Below are positions 45,002-54,993 of a stretch of 59,179 nt of DNA, in pieces (position 1 is the stretch's first letter; each line of letters begins with the position of its first letter). The notes beneath the pieces were generated by a model. It did not search any database and had not been told where the DNA came from. It was given only the letters and a program-made list of their open reading frames with translations. A program made the position numbers and the translations under genes. Source of the DNA: a virus (lineage: Duplodnaviria; Caudoviricetes); IMG/VR virus record IMGVR_UViG_3300021560_000020, positions 1 to 59,179 of that record, one strand, 5' to 3'.

Positions 45002-45526
45002 ATGGCTGAACTGATAAATGTTTCTCGAATTACTAATGCCAATATCTATCTGGACGGAGCCTCCCTGCTGGGCCGTGCCGACGAAGTGGAACTGGCTTGG
45101 CCCAAGGCCAAGATGGTCGATCACAAGGGCCTCGGCATGTTCGGCACCGGCGAGTTTCCCTCCGGCATCGACAAGCTCGAAGCCAAGGTCAAGTGGTCGT
45201 CGATCTACGTGGAAGTGCTCAACACCATGAGCATCTTCGCCAGCCATCAGTTTCAGATCAGGGCCAGCATCGAGCAGTTCACCTCCTTGGGCCGCACCGC
45301 CGAATCGCCCTTCGTCGGCTACATGACGGCGCTGTTCAAGGACGGCGGACCGCTCAACTTCAAGCAGCACGAACAGGTTGACTTCCCGTCAACCCTGGTA
45401 GTCTATTCGTGCCGCTACGACATCAACGGCCGCACCTGCCTGTTCTACGATCTGATGAGCAATCAGTACGTGGTCAACGGCGTGGATCAGCTCGCGCAGT
45501 ACCGCGCCAACATCGGAGCCGCCTGA
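45002..45526 (+). CDS. Tail tube protein (P2 FII-like)
   Basis: N.Y.DG...LG...EV.L, G.GM.G..E.P.G..KLE, D..N....VNGVD.L..YR..IG. Confidence 0.9.
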   Translation: MAELINVSRITNANIYLDGASLLGRADEVELAWPKAKMVDHKGLGMFGTGEFPSGIDKLEAKVKWSSIYVEVLNTMSIFASHQFQIRASIEQFTSLGRTAESPFVGYMTALFKDGGPLNFKQHEQVDFPSTLVVYSCRYDINGRTCLFYDLMSNQYVVNGVDQLAQYRANIGAA

Positions 45527-45528
45527 AC

Positions 45529-45965
45529 ATGAGTGAGGAATTTCCCAAGATCATAATGCTGCCGTACAGCGGTCGGCAGGCCACCGTCCTGCACCGCCTC
45601 CATGGCCGCGAGGCCCGCATGGCCGAGCGCGCGGTCGGACGCAACGCGGGCGGTACCGCGCTGACCTACGCCATGATGGCGCTGGTCACGCTGCTCGACG
45701 GCCAGCCGGTAGTGGTGGAGGACTTCGACGCGCTCGATCTGGAGGACATTACCGCGATCAGCGATGCCCTGGGGGTGACCGGACAGGCCGAAAAAAAATC
45801 CCCAACCGAGCCAGTCTCGCAGCCCTTGTCAAATGGGGGTTTGCCGCCCAGGAACTAGACCGCATGGACCTCGACGATCTGACCGACTGGCTCGAAGCGG
45901 TCAACGAAGCCGCCGAAATCGAGCGCGAACTGATCGAGAGCGAAGCCGAGAAGCATCGGCGCTGA
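45529..45965 (+). CDS. Tail assembly chaperone gpE (45529-45858) and -1 frameshift product E+E' (to 45965)
   Basis: Slippery GAA AAA AAA at 45790-45798; -1 frame reads LAALVKWGFAAQELDRMDLDDLTDWLEAV. Confidence 0.85.
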
Positions 45966-45995
45966 CTACCGATCCACCCCTAAGCACCTACTGTC

Positions 45996-48203
45996 ATGGC
46001 GATCAAAACTTTCGAGCTGGGCTTCATTCTCAAGGCCACCGACCTGATGTCCGGGGTGATGGACCACGCCCGCGAGAAGCTTGGCGAGCTGGGCGAGACC
46101 GCGGAGCACATGCGGGAAACCGGCGAGCGCCTGAATGTGGCGGCCGGTCTGGCCTCGGAGGGCATCGAGAAGATCGGGGAAATGGCCGAGGCGGTGCATG
46201 AACCGGCCATCGCCATGCAGCAGGTCATGGCCACCACCGCGGCGGTAACCGGCGCCAGCGCCGCCGAACTGGGCGAGTTCAAGGAGCGCGCGGTGGAGTT
46301 CTCCAATACCCATCCGGGCGTGACCGCGGAGGAATGGCTGACCAGCTTTACCCGGATGAAGGGGATTTTCGGCGACACCAAGAAGGCTTACGAAGCCGCC
46401 GACGTATCCGGCATGCTAGGCCGCTTCGGGGTCGACGCCAGCGATTCGGCCCGGCTGTTCCAGGTCGCTTCCGAGAATTTCGGCGTCAGCGCGACCAAGA
46501 CCGGCGACACCATCGCTAAGGCCATGCAGGTCGCCGGACTGGCTCCGGAGTCGATGGGCGAACTGGCCCAGGGCATCGGACGGGGCGCCGCCGCGGCGGT
46601 CAATGCCCATGCGCCGTTCAGCGAACTGGTCGCCACCCAGGCCGAGGCCATCCGGCTCTTCGGCGGCGGACGCGGCGCGATGGTCTTTAACTCGATGCTG
46701 CAATCACTTCAGCAGGCCCAGGCCCAGGGCAAGATCGCGCTCGACTTCTCGCACGGCAATATCGCCGCCCTCCAGCAGCTCAAGGAACAACTGGTCGGTA
46801 CCATGAATCTGCCGCCCAAGTTCTACGAGATGAGCACCAAGGCGCAGGAGAAATTCCTGGTCCACATGGGCAGTGCCCAGAGCGGTCTGGCGCGGCTGGC
46901 CGCCCTGGGCGTCAGCGATCCGGTACAGGTGCTCAATCTGCTCAACCATCTCGGCGACGTGCAGAAACTCCAGGGTCAGCTTGGCGACACCTCCGGCACG
47001 CTGGCGGCCAAGTACGCCGTGGCCACGAACAACATGGCCGACGCCACCAAGCTCCTGCACCAGAACTGGGAGAACTTTGCCGACGCCCTGGCCACACCCG
47101 CTCTCCCGACCGAAACCGCCGCGATCCATCTGTTCGGTGATGCTTTGAAAACGCTTACTCCGGTCATGGAGCATCACACCTATATCGCGGCTGGTCTCTC
47201 GCTCGCCTTGCAGGGCATTTCGACTGCCGGCCATATCGCCATTACCGCCATGCAGACCGTCGGCTCGACCATGATTCTGGCGAGCTACGGGGTGCAGGGC
47301 CTGGGCAAGCTGATGAACTGGCTCAAGGGCGTGGAGGCAGTAACCGCTACGGCAGAAGGGGCCCAGGCGCTGGCCACGGAAGGACTTGCCGTGGCCGAGG
47401 GTTCGGCGGAGGTAGCGAGCGTAGGACTTGCTGCTTCGCTGTGGGCCGTAATGGCGCCGATGCTGCCCCTCATCGCGATCGCTGCCGCGGTGGCGCTCCT
47501 GGCTTATGAAATCTACGAGCATTGGGATGCTATCAAGCCCCGGCTGGTGGGCTGGTGGGACGACGTTAAGGCCGCCTTCGTCAGATTCGGCGCATGGCTC
47601 AAAGCTTGGGCTCCGGTCATTGGCGAGATCGCGCTCGCCATGTTCGTGCCGATGGTGGGTATTCCGCTGCTGCTTTATCGCCATTGGGATGCGGTCAAGG
47701 CCTCCTTCGATAAGCTGGCGGAATGGCTGGCGGCCTGGTTCACCGACAAGATCAAGTGGTTCGAGCAGGCCGGCTCGCGGCTCATCCGGGCGCTGCATGA
47801 CGGCATGATGAAGGTGGTGCATCTGCCGGGCGAGGCGGTCAGCGCCTCGATGGGCTTCGTCCGCCGTCATCTGCCCTATTCTCCGGCCAAGGAGGGACCG
47901 CTGCGCGATCTCGACCGGGTCCGCATCAGCGAGACCATCGCGGCCTCCATTCGTCCAGGGCCGGTGATCGCCGCGATGCGGGGTTTAACCCTGTCGATGC
48001 TGGCCAACTCCGCTCCTGGAGCGTCCCCTGGCCGTCTGGGCGGTATGTCTGGGGGTCCGACCATCATTCTCAACCTGACCTATGCTCCGGTTATGAACGG
48101 GGCCGGGGGTGGTCAGCGCGATCCCCGGCGTGATGCCGATGAACTGGTCAGAATCGTTATGGACCGGCTCCGCCGCGAAGCGCGTCTGCGTTTTTCCGCC
48201 TAG
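45996..48203 (+). CDS. Tape measure protein
   Basis: Position; Ala-rich helical sequence; W-periodic repeats; LP.SPAKEGPL.DL. Confidence 0.9.
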   Translation: MAIKTFELGFILKATDLMSGVMDHAREKLGELGETAEHMRETGERLNVAAGLASEGIEKIGEMAEAVHEPAIAMQQVMATTAAVTGASAAELGEFKERAVEFSNTHPGVTAEEWLTSFTRMKGIFGDTKKAYEAADVSGMLGRFGVDASDSARLFQVASENFGVSATKTGDTIAKAMQVAGLAPESMGELAQGIGRGAAAAVNAHAPFSELVATQAEAIRLFGGGRGAMVFNSMLQSLQQAQAQGKIALDFSHGNIAALQQLKEQLVGTMNLPPKFYEMSTKAQEKFLVHMGSAQSGLARLAALGVSDPVQVLNLLNHLGDVQKLQGQLGDTSGTLAAKYAVATNNMADATKLLHQNWENFADALATPALPTETAAIHLFGDALKTLTPVMEHHTYIAAGLSLALQGISTAGHIAITAMQTVGSTMILASYGVQGLGKLMNWLKGVEAVTATAEGAQALATEGLAVAEGSAEVASVGLAASLWAVMAPMLPLIAIAAAVALLAYEIYEHWDAIKPRLVGWWDDVKAAFVRFGAWLKAWAPVIGEIALAMFVPMVGIPLLLYRHWDAVKASFDKLAEWLAAWFTDKIKWFEQAGSRLIRALHDGMMKVVHLPGEAVSASMGFVRRHLPYSPAKEGPLRDLDRVRISETIAASIRPGPVIAAMRGLTLSMLANSAPGASPGRLGGMSGGPTIILNLTYAPVMNGAGGGQRDPRRDADELVRIVMDRLRREARLRFSA

Positions 48204-48205
48204 CG

Positions 48206-48649
48206 ATGCGCGATGAGCGCATATTCGATCCGGTCAATCAGGCGGCTCGCATCATCAATATCGAGACGCTGGTGTTGCCGTCGCAATTTATTGCGATCAA
48301 TCATACCGCGGCGGAGATCAGCCCGGAGCACAAGTTGATGGTGGCAGTACTGGAGGATGCTTTGCGGACCTGGCAGCGGCGGCATCTCAAGGCGGGCACC
48401 CGTTCCTTCCGTCAGCAGCAGGAGGCCCACGTCTGGCTGTTTGCCGACAATCTGCCGGTGCGCCTGACCTTGCACGATGTCTGCGAGGCCCTCCAGCTTG
48501 ACGTATCCTGGCTGCGCAGCCGGCTACGCGCGTGGCGTCACCAGCAAACCGGCGACAGCACCATCAGATGGCGGCGCGTGCGGTCTGCTACGGTCGGCGC
48601 GCGGGTACTCGCGATCCCCCGCCCCAAGTCGCGCAGGCGGTTGAAATAG
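48206..48649 (+). CDS. Conserved hypothetical protein (LPSQF...PE..LM.AVLEDA...W.F...VCEAL.LD)
   Basis: Motif-rich 147-aa ORF inserted in the tail operon. Confidence 0.7.
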   Translation: MRDERIFDPVNQAARIINIETLVLPSQFIAINHTAAEISPEHKLMVAVLEDALRTWQRRHLKAGTRSFRQQQEAHVWLFADNLPVRLTLHDVCEALQLDVSWLRSRLRAWRHQQTGDSTIRWRRVRSATVGARVLAIPRPKSRRRLK

Positions 48650-48655
48650 CCGATC

Positions 48656-49366
48656 ATGGCGTGGGGCAGTCTAGGCGCGATCGTCTTTGAAGCACTGGTT
48701 TCGCCCGAACAGTTCCGGGCGCAGAACGAGTACACCTATGCCGAGCATCAGGTGGTCGAAGCCCCGCCGCTGTTGCAATGGCTGGCCAACGGTTCGCAGC
48801 AGATTTCGCTGGACTTCTCGTTTCACGTCTCCTATTGCGACCCCAACAGCCAAATGCTGGCCCTGCGCCGGGCGGCCGAACAGCATCAGGCGCTGGCGCT
48901 GGTGTTCGGCAACGGCGGCTTTCGCGGCTACTTCGTCATCCAGTCCCTCGAAGAGACCTTCCAGCAAACCGCCGATGACGGCTCCTATGTCGCGCTCATC
49001 GCCAAGATTGAACTGCGTGAATGGTTCCTGGCGACCAGTTCAGGCGGAACCTCAGCCGTGACCCTGCCGACCGGCGCAACCACCCGCACCGCCACTCCGC
49101 CGCCCGCGATTCTGACCTCGACGCCCGGCTCCGGCAGTCCCGCACCGTACAACGCGCTCGCGCCGATCGGTCCGAGCAATACCTTGCCGCCCGCGGCGAT
49201 AGTCACCCTGTCCAATGCTGGTGTGCCGCCCGGCACCACCTATTCGTCGGCACCCTACACAGAACCCGGCACCAGCGCGCTCGCCGGTCCCGGGCCGGGG
49301 ACGCCCGATCCCTCCATCGATTTCAGTTCGGTGCCGACCCGTTCGATTGCCCGCGGAGGCTGGTAG
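48656..49366 (+). CDS. P2 gpU-like tail protein with Pro/Thr-rich extension
   Basis: LG.I.F, YAEH.V....P.LQ, LV.GNG...G.FVI, L.E. Confidence 0.85.
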   Translation: MAWGSLGAIVFEALVSPEQFRAQNEYTYAEHQVVEAPPLLQWLANGSQQISLDFSFHVSYCDPNSQMLALRRAAEQHQALALVFGNGGFRGYFVIQSLEETFQQTADDGSYVALIAKIELREWFLATSSGGTSAVTLPTGATTRTATPPPAILTSTPGSGSPAPYNALAPIGPSNTLPPAAIVTLSNAGVPPGTTYSSAPYTEPGTSALAGPGPGTPDPSIDFSSVPTRSIARGGW

Positions 49367-49368
49367 TC

Positions 49369-49596
49369 ATGGCGCAGACCCAATTTCTTACCCATATTAC
49401 CCGGGCCGGGGAACGGTGGGACTCGCTGGCCTGGATTTACTATCACGACGCCACGCTGTTCGGCCCCATCGTCCAGACCAATCCGCAGATTCCGATTGAA
49501 GCGGTCTTCGAAGCCGGCATGACTATCGGCGTACCGATCCTGACGGTGGACGAGACCGCGGCCGATCCGACCGACCTGCCCCCGTGGAAGCGCTGA
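49369..49596 (+). CDS. P2 gpX-like tail protein (LysM-like)
   Basis: H.T..GERWD.LAW.YY, I...NP, LPPWKR. Confidence 0.9.
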   Translation: MAQTQFLTHITRAGERWDSLAWIYYHDATLFGPIVQTNPQIPIEAVFEAGMTIGVPILTVDETAADPTDLPPWKR

Positions 49597-49597
49597 G

Positions 49598-50647
49598 ATG
49601 GCGGCCAGCGGCATCAGCTATCCGATTCGCACTCCGGCCTGGACGCTGACCTATGCCGGAAGCTCGCAGGTGGCCAACGATATTGCCCCGATCCTGATCG
49701 ACCTGTCCTATACCGACAAGACCGAAAAGTCAGCGGAGGAGTTCGAGGTCACCCTGGCCGACCGCGAAAAGAGATGGCAGGGTCCGTGGTTTCCCGACCG
49801 CGGCGACACCATCACGGCGACTATCGGCTATCGCGGCGAACGGATGCTCAGGTGCGGGACGTTTCAGGTAGACGAGGTGGAATTGAAGGGTCCGCCCGAT
49901 CAGGTCCACATCAAGGCCATCGCGACCGGCATCACCCCCGACATTCGTACCGCGCGCACCATGGGCTACGAACCGGGCGTCGAGGGCGGCCGCCTGACCC
50001 TGCTCGATGTGGCAGGCAACGTGGCACGGCGGCACAATCTTACGCTGGTCGGTGCGCCGGAACCGATTGACGTGAGCTTCGACCGCCTTACGCAGCACAA
50101 GGAGACCGACCTCCAGTTCCTGCAACGGCTGGCCGTCGAGCACAACTACACTTTCTCCATCAAGGGCAACGAGTTGATCTTCTTCTCGCGTACCACGCTC
50201 GAGTCACAGCCGCCGGTCCTGGCCCTCTCGCGCCACGACTGCATCTCCTTCCAGTTCAAGATCGTGACCAACCTGATCTTTGCCACCGGCAACGCGACCT
50301 ATCAGGTGGCCGATACCAAGACGCTCAGCACCGCTACCGTGGACTCCCCCACGCCGACACCGACCAAGGACGTGAGCCGCACCATCAACCGCGCGATGAG
50401 CGACCAGCACGCGCAGCTTAAGGCCAATGCTGCGCTGCACGAAACCAACAAGGAGCAGATGACCGGCACCATCGAGACCATCGGCAATGTCGCGCTGCTT
50501 TCCGGCAACAGCATCATGGTGGGCGGCTTCGGCAAATTCAGCGGTCAGTACTACATCGATCAGGCCCGTCATCGGCTCGACCGTTCGCGGGGCTACACCA
50601 CGGAAGTAAGCTTCCGCAATCTGCCGGCACTGACGCCGACGTTCTAG
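49598..50647 (+). CDS. Baseplate hub (P2 gpD-like)
   Basis: IGY, G.F.VDE....GPPD, Q..ETDL.FL.RLA, G.F.G.Y.I...H, GY.T. Confidence 0.9.
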   Translation: MAASGISYPIRTPAWTLTYAGSSQVANDIAPILIDLSYTDKTEKSAEEFEVTLADREKRWQGPWFPDRGDTITATIGYRGERMLRCGTFQVDEVELKGPPDQVHIKAIATGITPDIRTARTMGYEPGVEGGRLTLLDVAGNVARRHNLTLVGAPEPIDVSFDRLTQHKETDLQFLQRLAVEHNYTFSIKGNELIFFSRTTLESQPPVLALSRHDCISFQFKIVTNLIFATGNATYQVADTKTLSTATVDSPTPTPTKDVSRTINRAMSDQHAQLKANAALHETNKEQMTGTIETIGNVALLSGNSIMVGGFGKFSGQYYIDQARHRLDRSRGYTTEVSFRNLPALTPTF

Positions 50648-50655
50648 GCCGCAGC

Positions 50656-51399
50656 ATGTTCGAGCACGGTTTCAGGATTGGTCTGGTCCAGGAGATCGGG
50701 ACCGGCGCGAAGCAGGGGCGGGTGCGCGTGCGGTTTCCCGATCACGACCAGGTGGTCTCATGGTGGCTGTTCGTCTGCGTGCCGAAAAGCGGCAGCGGCG
50801 GCAAGGGCTGGTGGATACCGGATTTGGGGGAGCAAGTGCTGTGCCTGATGGACAAGTACGACGAGGACGGCGCGGTGCTCGGCGCGATCTATTCGTCGGC
50901 CGACGTGGCTCCGAGCAGCAATACCACCGCGCCCTCGGCTACCAAGCTGACCCCGGACGGAGCCTTGCCGGTCGATCCCACCCCGCTGACCTCGACCGGT
51001 CTCAGCGCCATGTTTGTCGAAGCAGCCGGCAAGTTTCCGCAGCTTAACAACGCCTTTCCCGGCATCAGCGGCGGGGCGCTGCTGCAGGCGATTGCCTTTA
51101 CCGAATCCACCCTTGGCGCCAACAAGATCGGACCTATCGGGGTAGATGGCACCCGTTGCTACGGCGTAATGCAGATCAACCCCAAGGCCCATCCGGGCTA
51201 TTCACCGCAAGAGTTAATCAGCAATGACGAGCTAAATATCCGGCTGGGCGCGGCCGATATTGCGGGGAAGATTACGCAATTCGGCAGTTACGACGGTATG
51301 GCTCACTACAAGGGCTGGAAGTATGGCTACAACCAGTCCAGCCGGTCCAAAGGGCAGGTGGATGCAGTTATCGCCTATGCACAAGCACATCCACTCTGA
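50656..51399 (+). CDS. Baseplate spike N-terminal (gpV OB-fold) fused to a lytic transglycosylase
   Basis: RVRV.FPD, S.WL, PD.GEQV.C, G.VLG.IYS; then AIA..ES, GVMQIN, NI..GA, HY.G. Confidence 0.8.
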   Translation: MFEHGFRIGLVQEIGTGAKQGRVRVRFPDHDQVVSWWLFVCVPKSGSGGKGWWIPDLGEQVLCLMDKYDEDGAVLGAIYSSADVAPSSNTTAPSATKLTPDGALPVDPTPLTSTGLSAMFVEAAGKFPQLNNAFPGISGGALLQAIAFTESTLGANKIGPIGVDGTRCYGVMQINPKAHPGYSPQELISNDELNIRLGAADIAGKITQFGSYDGMAHYKGWKYGYNQSSRSKGQVDAVIAYAQAHPL

Positions 51400-51413
51400 C
51401 AGGAGGCAGCACG

Positions 51414-52178
51414 ATGGGTGCCGACGAATGGAGTCCCGATGATTTCGGTCAGCAGTTCTCGGACGGTGGCGGCTGGCGCTATAACCGGGCGGTCTCGGTA
51501 TATTCCGTTTCGACTCCGGATGGCGGAACGCTGCGCCTCGACGGCATCAATCATCTCTATGAACTCCGTGCACCTGACGGCAGCCAGTTGCGGCTCGATG
51601 CAGCGAACGGCATCTATGAATTGCTCAACGCCAAACAGATGAGCATCCGGCTCGACGCCGCGGGCAACATTACCTTGAACGCGACCAATCAGGTCAGCGT
51701 GATCGCGCCCAAGCTCAACCTCTTCGCCACCGCGCCCGGAGTTTCCGGCACGCCGACCGCCTGGACACCTACCACCGCCTACGCGCTAAACGAGCTGGTT
51801 ACCGATGCAGCAGGCAGCGTCTGGCGCTGTACTACGGCAGGGGTTAGCGGCGAGACCACGCCAGGCTGGAGCGGGACCGGCAGCAGCCTGAACGACGGAT
51901 CGGTTACCTGGGGAGGCGCGACCAGCGCCTCGACCTTCGTGGCGCTCGACACCAGCAACGTCACCATCGCGGCTTACCAGAACGTGACCATAAGCGTGCA
52001 GGGCACCATCGCCCTCAGCGCTCAACAAGGCATCACGCTGCAATCACAGCAGGATATAACGCTCAATACCGACCATTACGGCACGTCAGTTGACGCCTGG
52101 GCCACGAACTACAACCAGCACATCCATGCCGATCCGCAGGGCGGCACCGTAGCGGTCATCCCAACTCCGCTAACCTGA
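51414..52178 (+). CDS. Spike C-terminal beta-helix part with inserted CBM-like domain
   Basis: F.DG....Y, repeated I.LD..G.I.L strands; terminal H.H (YNQHIH) metal-binding apex. Confidence 0.7.
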   Translation: MGADEWSPDDFGQQFSDGGGWRYNRAVSVYSVSTPDGGTLRLDGINHLYELRAPDGSQLRLDAANGIYELLNAKQMSIRLDAAGNITLNATNQVSVIAPKLNLFATAPGVSGTPTAWTPTTAYALNELVTDAAGSVWRCTTAGVSGETTPGWSGTGSSLNDGSVTWGGATSASTFVALDTSNVTIAAYQNVTISVQGTIALSAQQGITLQSQQDITLNTDHYGTSVDAWATNYNQHIHADPQGGTVAVIPTPLT

Positions 52179-52197
52179 GCAGTACCGAAGTCCTACC

Positions 52198-52635
52198 ATG
52201 AGCAGTGATGCCGTCACCCTGGCCGACCTTACCAGCACCGACTGGTCGCTCGCCCTGGATCGTTCCACGCCGACCCAGACCGCCGGTTCCGGCATCGGTC
52301 TGGTGGTGCAGGGCGTGGCCGATATCAACCAGTGCATCTCCATCATTCTCTCGACTCCGCCGGGCACCGATCCGCTGCGGCCGACCTTCGCCTGCGATCT
52401 GCTATCCTGGCTCGACAAGCCGCTGGCGGTAGCCCGTTCCGGCATTTCCTCCGCCGTGATCACGGCCATTGCGCTCTGGGAGCCGCGGGTACTGGTGGTG
52501 CCGCCCATCGTGATTAATCCGGGCATCCTCGGCCAACTGGTGATCTATCTTACGTGGCGGCTCAAGTCCTCCTCTCCGATCGCGGGAGCCAATCAACAGC
52601 TAGTGTTGACCCTACCGAACCCATCAGCAACATGA
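52198..52635 (+). CDS. Baseplate wedge gpW/gp25
   Basis: DI.QCI.IIL.T..G.DP.RP.F, AI..WEPRV. Confidence 0.9.
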   Translation: MSSDAVTLADLTSTDWSLALDRSTPTQTAGSGIGLVVQGVADINQCISIILSTPPGTDPLRPTFACDLLSWLDKPLAVARSGISSAVITAIALWEPRVLVVPPIVINPGILGQLVIYLTWRLKSSSPIAGANQQLVLTLPNPSAT

Positions 52636-52655
52636 AGGGCTGATGGCAGGTAGCG

Positions 52656-54032
52656 ATGAGCAATCCAGTCTGGACGCCAAATACTCCGGTTGCGCCCGGC
52701 AAGGTGATCGTCGATCCAAACGGAAACATCGAACAATGGTCGGGCACCGCCACTCCCGGCTCGACCGGCGCAGTCCTGCCGGTATTCAGCAATCTCATCG
52801 GTACCTTCACGGCTGACGGCAACGGCGGCTGGACCTGCATTGCCGTGCTGGAAATTGCCCAACTGCCCCCGGCGCTTACCGCTCTGCCCATCCCGGTATT
52901 CGTGACCGATGCCGACGGACTCAATCCGCAGGCCGTACTGAGCGACATGATCGCGGCCTTCCAGAACCTCAGCCAGCGGACGCTCTATCCGGCCCAGGTC
53001 GAGCAGCTGCTCATCAATGACTATGCCTACCGCGAATCGCTGGTCCGCAACGCGATTCAGTGGTGCGGCATGCAGTGCTTGCTGGCCTATTCCTCCTATC
53101 CGATGCTGGATTATCTGGGCCAACTGGTGGGGGTTTCCCGCCTGCCGCCGCAGGGCGCGAGTTGCGTGCTGCAATTCACCCTCGGCGCGACCTCGATGCA
53201 GCCGTTGACGATTGCTGCCGGCACGCTGGTCGGTACGCAGGACGGCGCCTTCGCCTTTGCCACGACTGCCGATCTGACCATTGCGGCCGGAGCTCTCAGC
53301 GCCACCGTATTCGCCACCGCCACCACGACCGGCATGGCGGGCAACAACTACCCGATAGGCAGCGTCAGTGTGCAGCTGCGGCCCAATGCGCAGATCGCCG
53401 CGGTGACCAACACCACCATCACCAGCAATGGCGGCGACGTGGAGACGGACGATCATCTGCGCGAGCGCATCCAGCTAGCGCCCAATCGTTTCAGCGTGGC
53501 GGGACCGAGCGGAGCCTATGCGTTCTGGGCCTTCTCGGCCGATCCCTCGATCGTGGACGTGCAGATCACCACGCCCGTTCCCGGCACCGTGGATGTGTGG
53601 GTTCTGACCGGCCCGGTAACGCAGCCCGCGGCGGCCCCCAATACTGCCGGAATCGCCTCCGCCGCCCTGCTCGCTAAGGTCCTGGCCGTAGTCAATGCCG
53701 ACACCGTGCGGCCGCTGACCGATACCGTAAACGTGCTGGCGGTCAACGAGGTGGACTATCAGGTGGTGGCCACGGTGACGCTCTATGCCGACGTTGATCC
53801 CGTCACCACGATGACCGCCGCCCGCAATGCGGCACAACTGCTGGCGCAGGACCTGGCCAACCGCATCGGACGCGATGTGGTGGGCGAGGAGTTCATCGCG
53901 GTCATCGGCTCGGTGCCCGGCGTTTACCGGGTGGTGCTGAGCCAGCCGGCCTATACTCCGCTGACGGCCGGACAATGGGCCAACTGCACCGCGATTGCGC
54001 TGACCCAGGTTATCGGCACGGAGCATAGCTGA
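52656..54032 (+). CDS. Baseplate J protein with N-terminal CBM-like domain
   Basis: LYPAQ.E.LLI...AYRE, LDYLG, GG.D.ETDD.LRERI, FSVAGP.GAY, VRPLTD.V. Confidence 0.92.
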   Translation: MSNPVWTPNTPVAPGKVIVDPNGNIEQWSGTATPGSTGAVLPVFSNLIGTFTADGNGGWTCIAVLEIAQLPPALTALPIPVFVTDADGLNPQAVLSDMIAAFQNLSQRTLYPAQVEQLLINDYAYRESLVRNAIQWCGMQCLLAYSSYPMLDYLGQLVGVSRLPPQGASCVLQFTLGATSMQPLTIAAGTLVGTQDGAFAFATTADLTIAAGALSATVFATATTTGMAGNNYPIGSVSVQLRPNAQIAAVTNTTITSNGGDVETDDHLRERIQLAPNRFSVAGPSGAYAFWAFSADPSIVDVQITTPVPGTVDVWVLTGPVTQPAAAPNTAGIASAALLAKVLAVVNADTVRPLTDTVNVLAVNEVDYQVVATVTLYADVDPVTTMTAARNAAQLLAQDLANRIGRDVVGEEFIAVIGSVPGVYRVVLSQPAYTPLTAGQWANCTAIALTQVIGTEHS

Positions 54033-54033
54033 C

Positions 54034-54993
54034 GTGGCCAACTTGCAGCCGCAATGGTCGATCCGCGACACCCGCTCGCTGGCGCACATGGCGCTAATCG
54101 ACCGTCTCCGGCTGCTCGATCTCAGTCCGCTGCTGGTCTATCGGATCGACTCGGTACCGGACTCGGCACTGCCCGCCCTGGCCTGGCAATTCGATCTAAT
54201 CAATCCGTTGTGGGGCCTGCTGGCGGGCACCAGCGCTTCGCAGCGCGACACTATCAAGAACTTCGCGCCGCTCCATCAACTCAAAGGCACCGTCGCCGCG
54301 CTCAAGACCGGACTGGCCAATCTGGGCTATCCGAACTGCACGATTCTGGAAGGTCAGGCGAGTTGGGGCGGAACCTCCTGGCCCTCCAGCCAAGGCTGGG
54401 CGGTGGTGCGCATCGTCATACCGGTGCCGGTCTGCGTGGAGGGACCGGACACCCCGCCGTGGGACCAGACCGTGGCCTATCATGGCGGCAACATCGTCAC
54501 CTACAACAACAACTTTTTCCGCGCGCTGATCAGCCCCAATCCCGGCACCGTGCCGCAATTCACCAGCATGGACCAGATCGTGGACATCGACCTGATCGAG
54601 AACATGGATACCCTGGTGCAGTATCCGTGGTGGCTGGAGACGCCGGGAGCACTGTGTACGCCAACCTCCGAAGAGGTCGATCGGATTATCGCGCTGTTCA
54701 ATTTCGCCAAGCCCGAACGCTGCTGGCTGGACACGATTGTCTTTCAGTTTCCGGCCATAGCGGATCAGCTGCTGCCGACTCCGAGCGACGTACAAGGCTC
54801 CTTCGACTATTTGTTACCGATACCAAGCGACGTGTTTACCTGGGTGGCGCAGCCGCAGACCGATCCGCTGACTTTCGTGCCGCAGCATAATCGGACCTAC
54901 CAGCACGCGGGCTTTACCTACGCCGATCAGCCCATCGGGCCGACCGACGGGGCCACCACGCTTAACGGCATCCCAATCGAGGGCAATCCATGA
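54034..54993 (+). CDS. P2 gpI-like tail/baseplate protein with CBM5/12-like insertion
   Basis: LP.LAWQF, LH..KGT..A; WD....Y..G.IV.YN...F.A. Confidence 0.8.
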   Translation: MANLQPQWSIRDTRSLAHMALIDRLRLLDLSPLLVYRIDSVPDSALPALAWQFDLINPLWGLLAGTSASQRDTIKNFAPLHQLKGTVAALKTGLANLGYPNCTILEGQASWGGTSWPSSQGWAVVRIVIPVPVCVEGPDTPPWDQTVAYHGGNIVTYNNNFFRALISPNPGTVPQFTSMDQIVDIDLIENMDTLVQYPWWLETPGALCTPTSEEVDRIIALFNFAKPERCWLDTIVFQFPAIADQLLPTPSDVQGSFDYLLPIPSDVFTWVAQPQTDPLTFVPQHNRTYQHAGFTYADQPIGPTDGATTLNGIPIEGNP

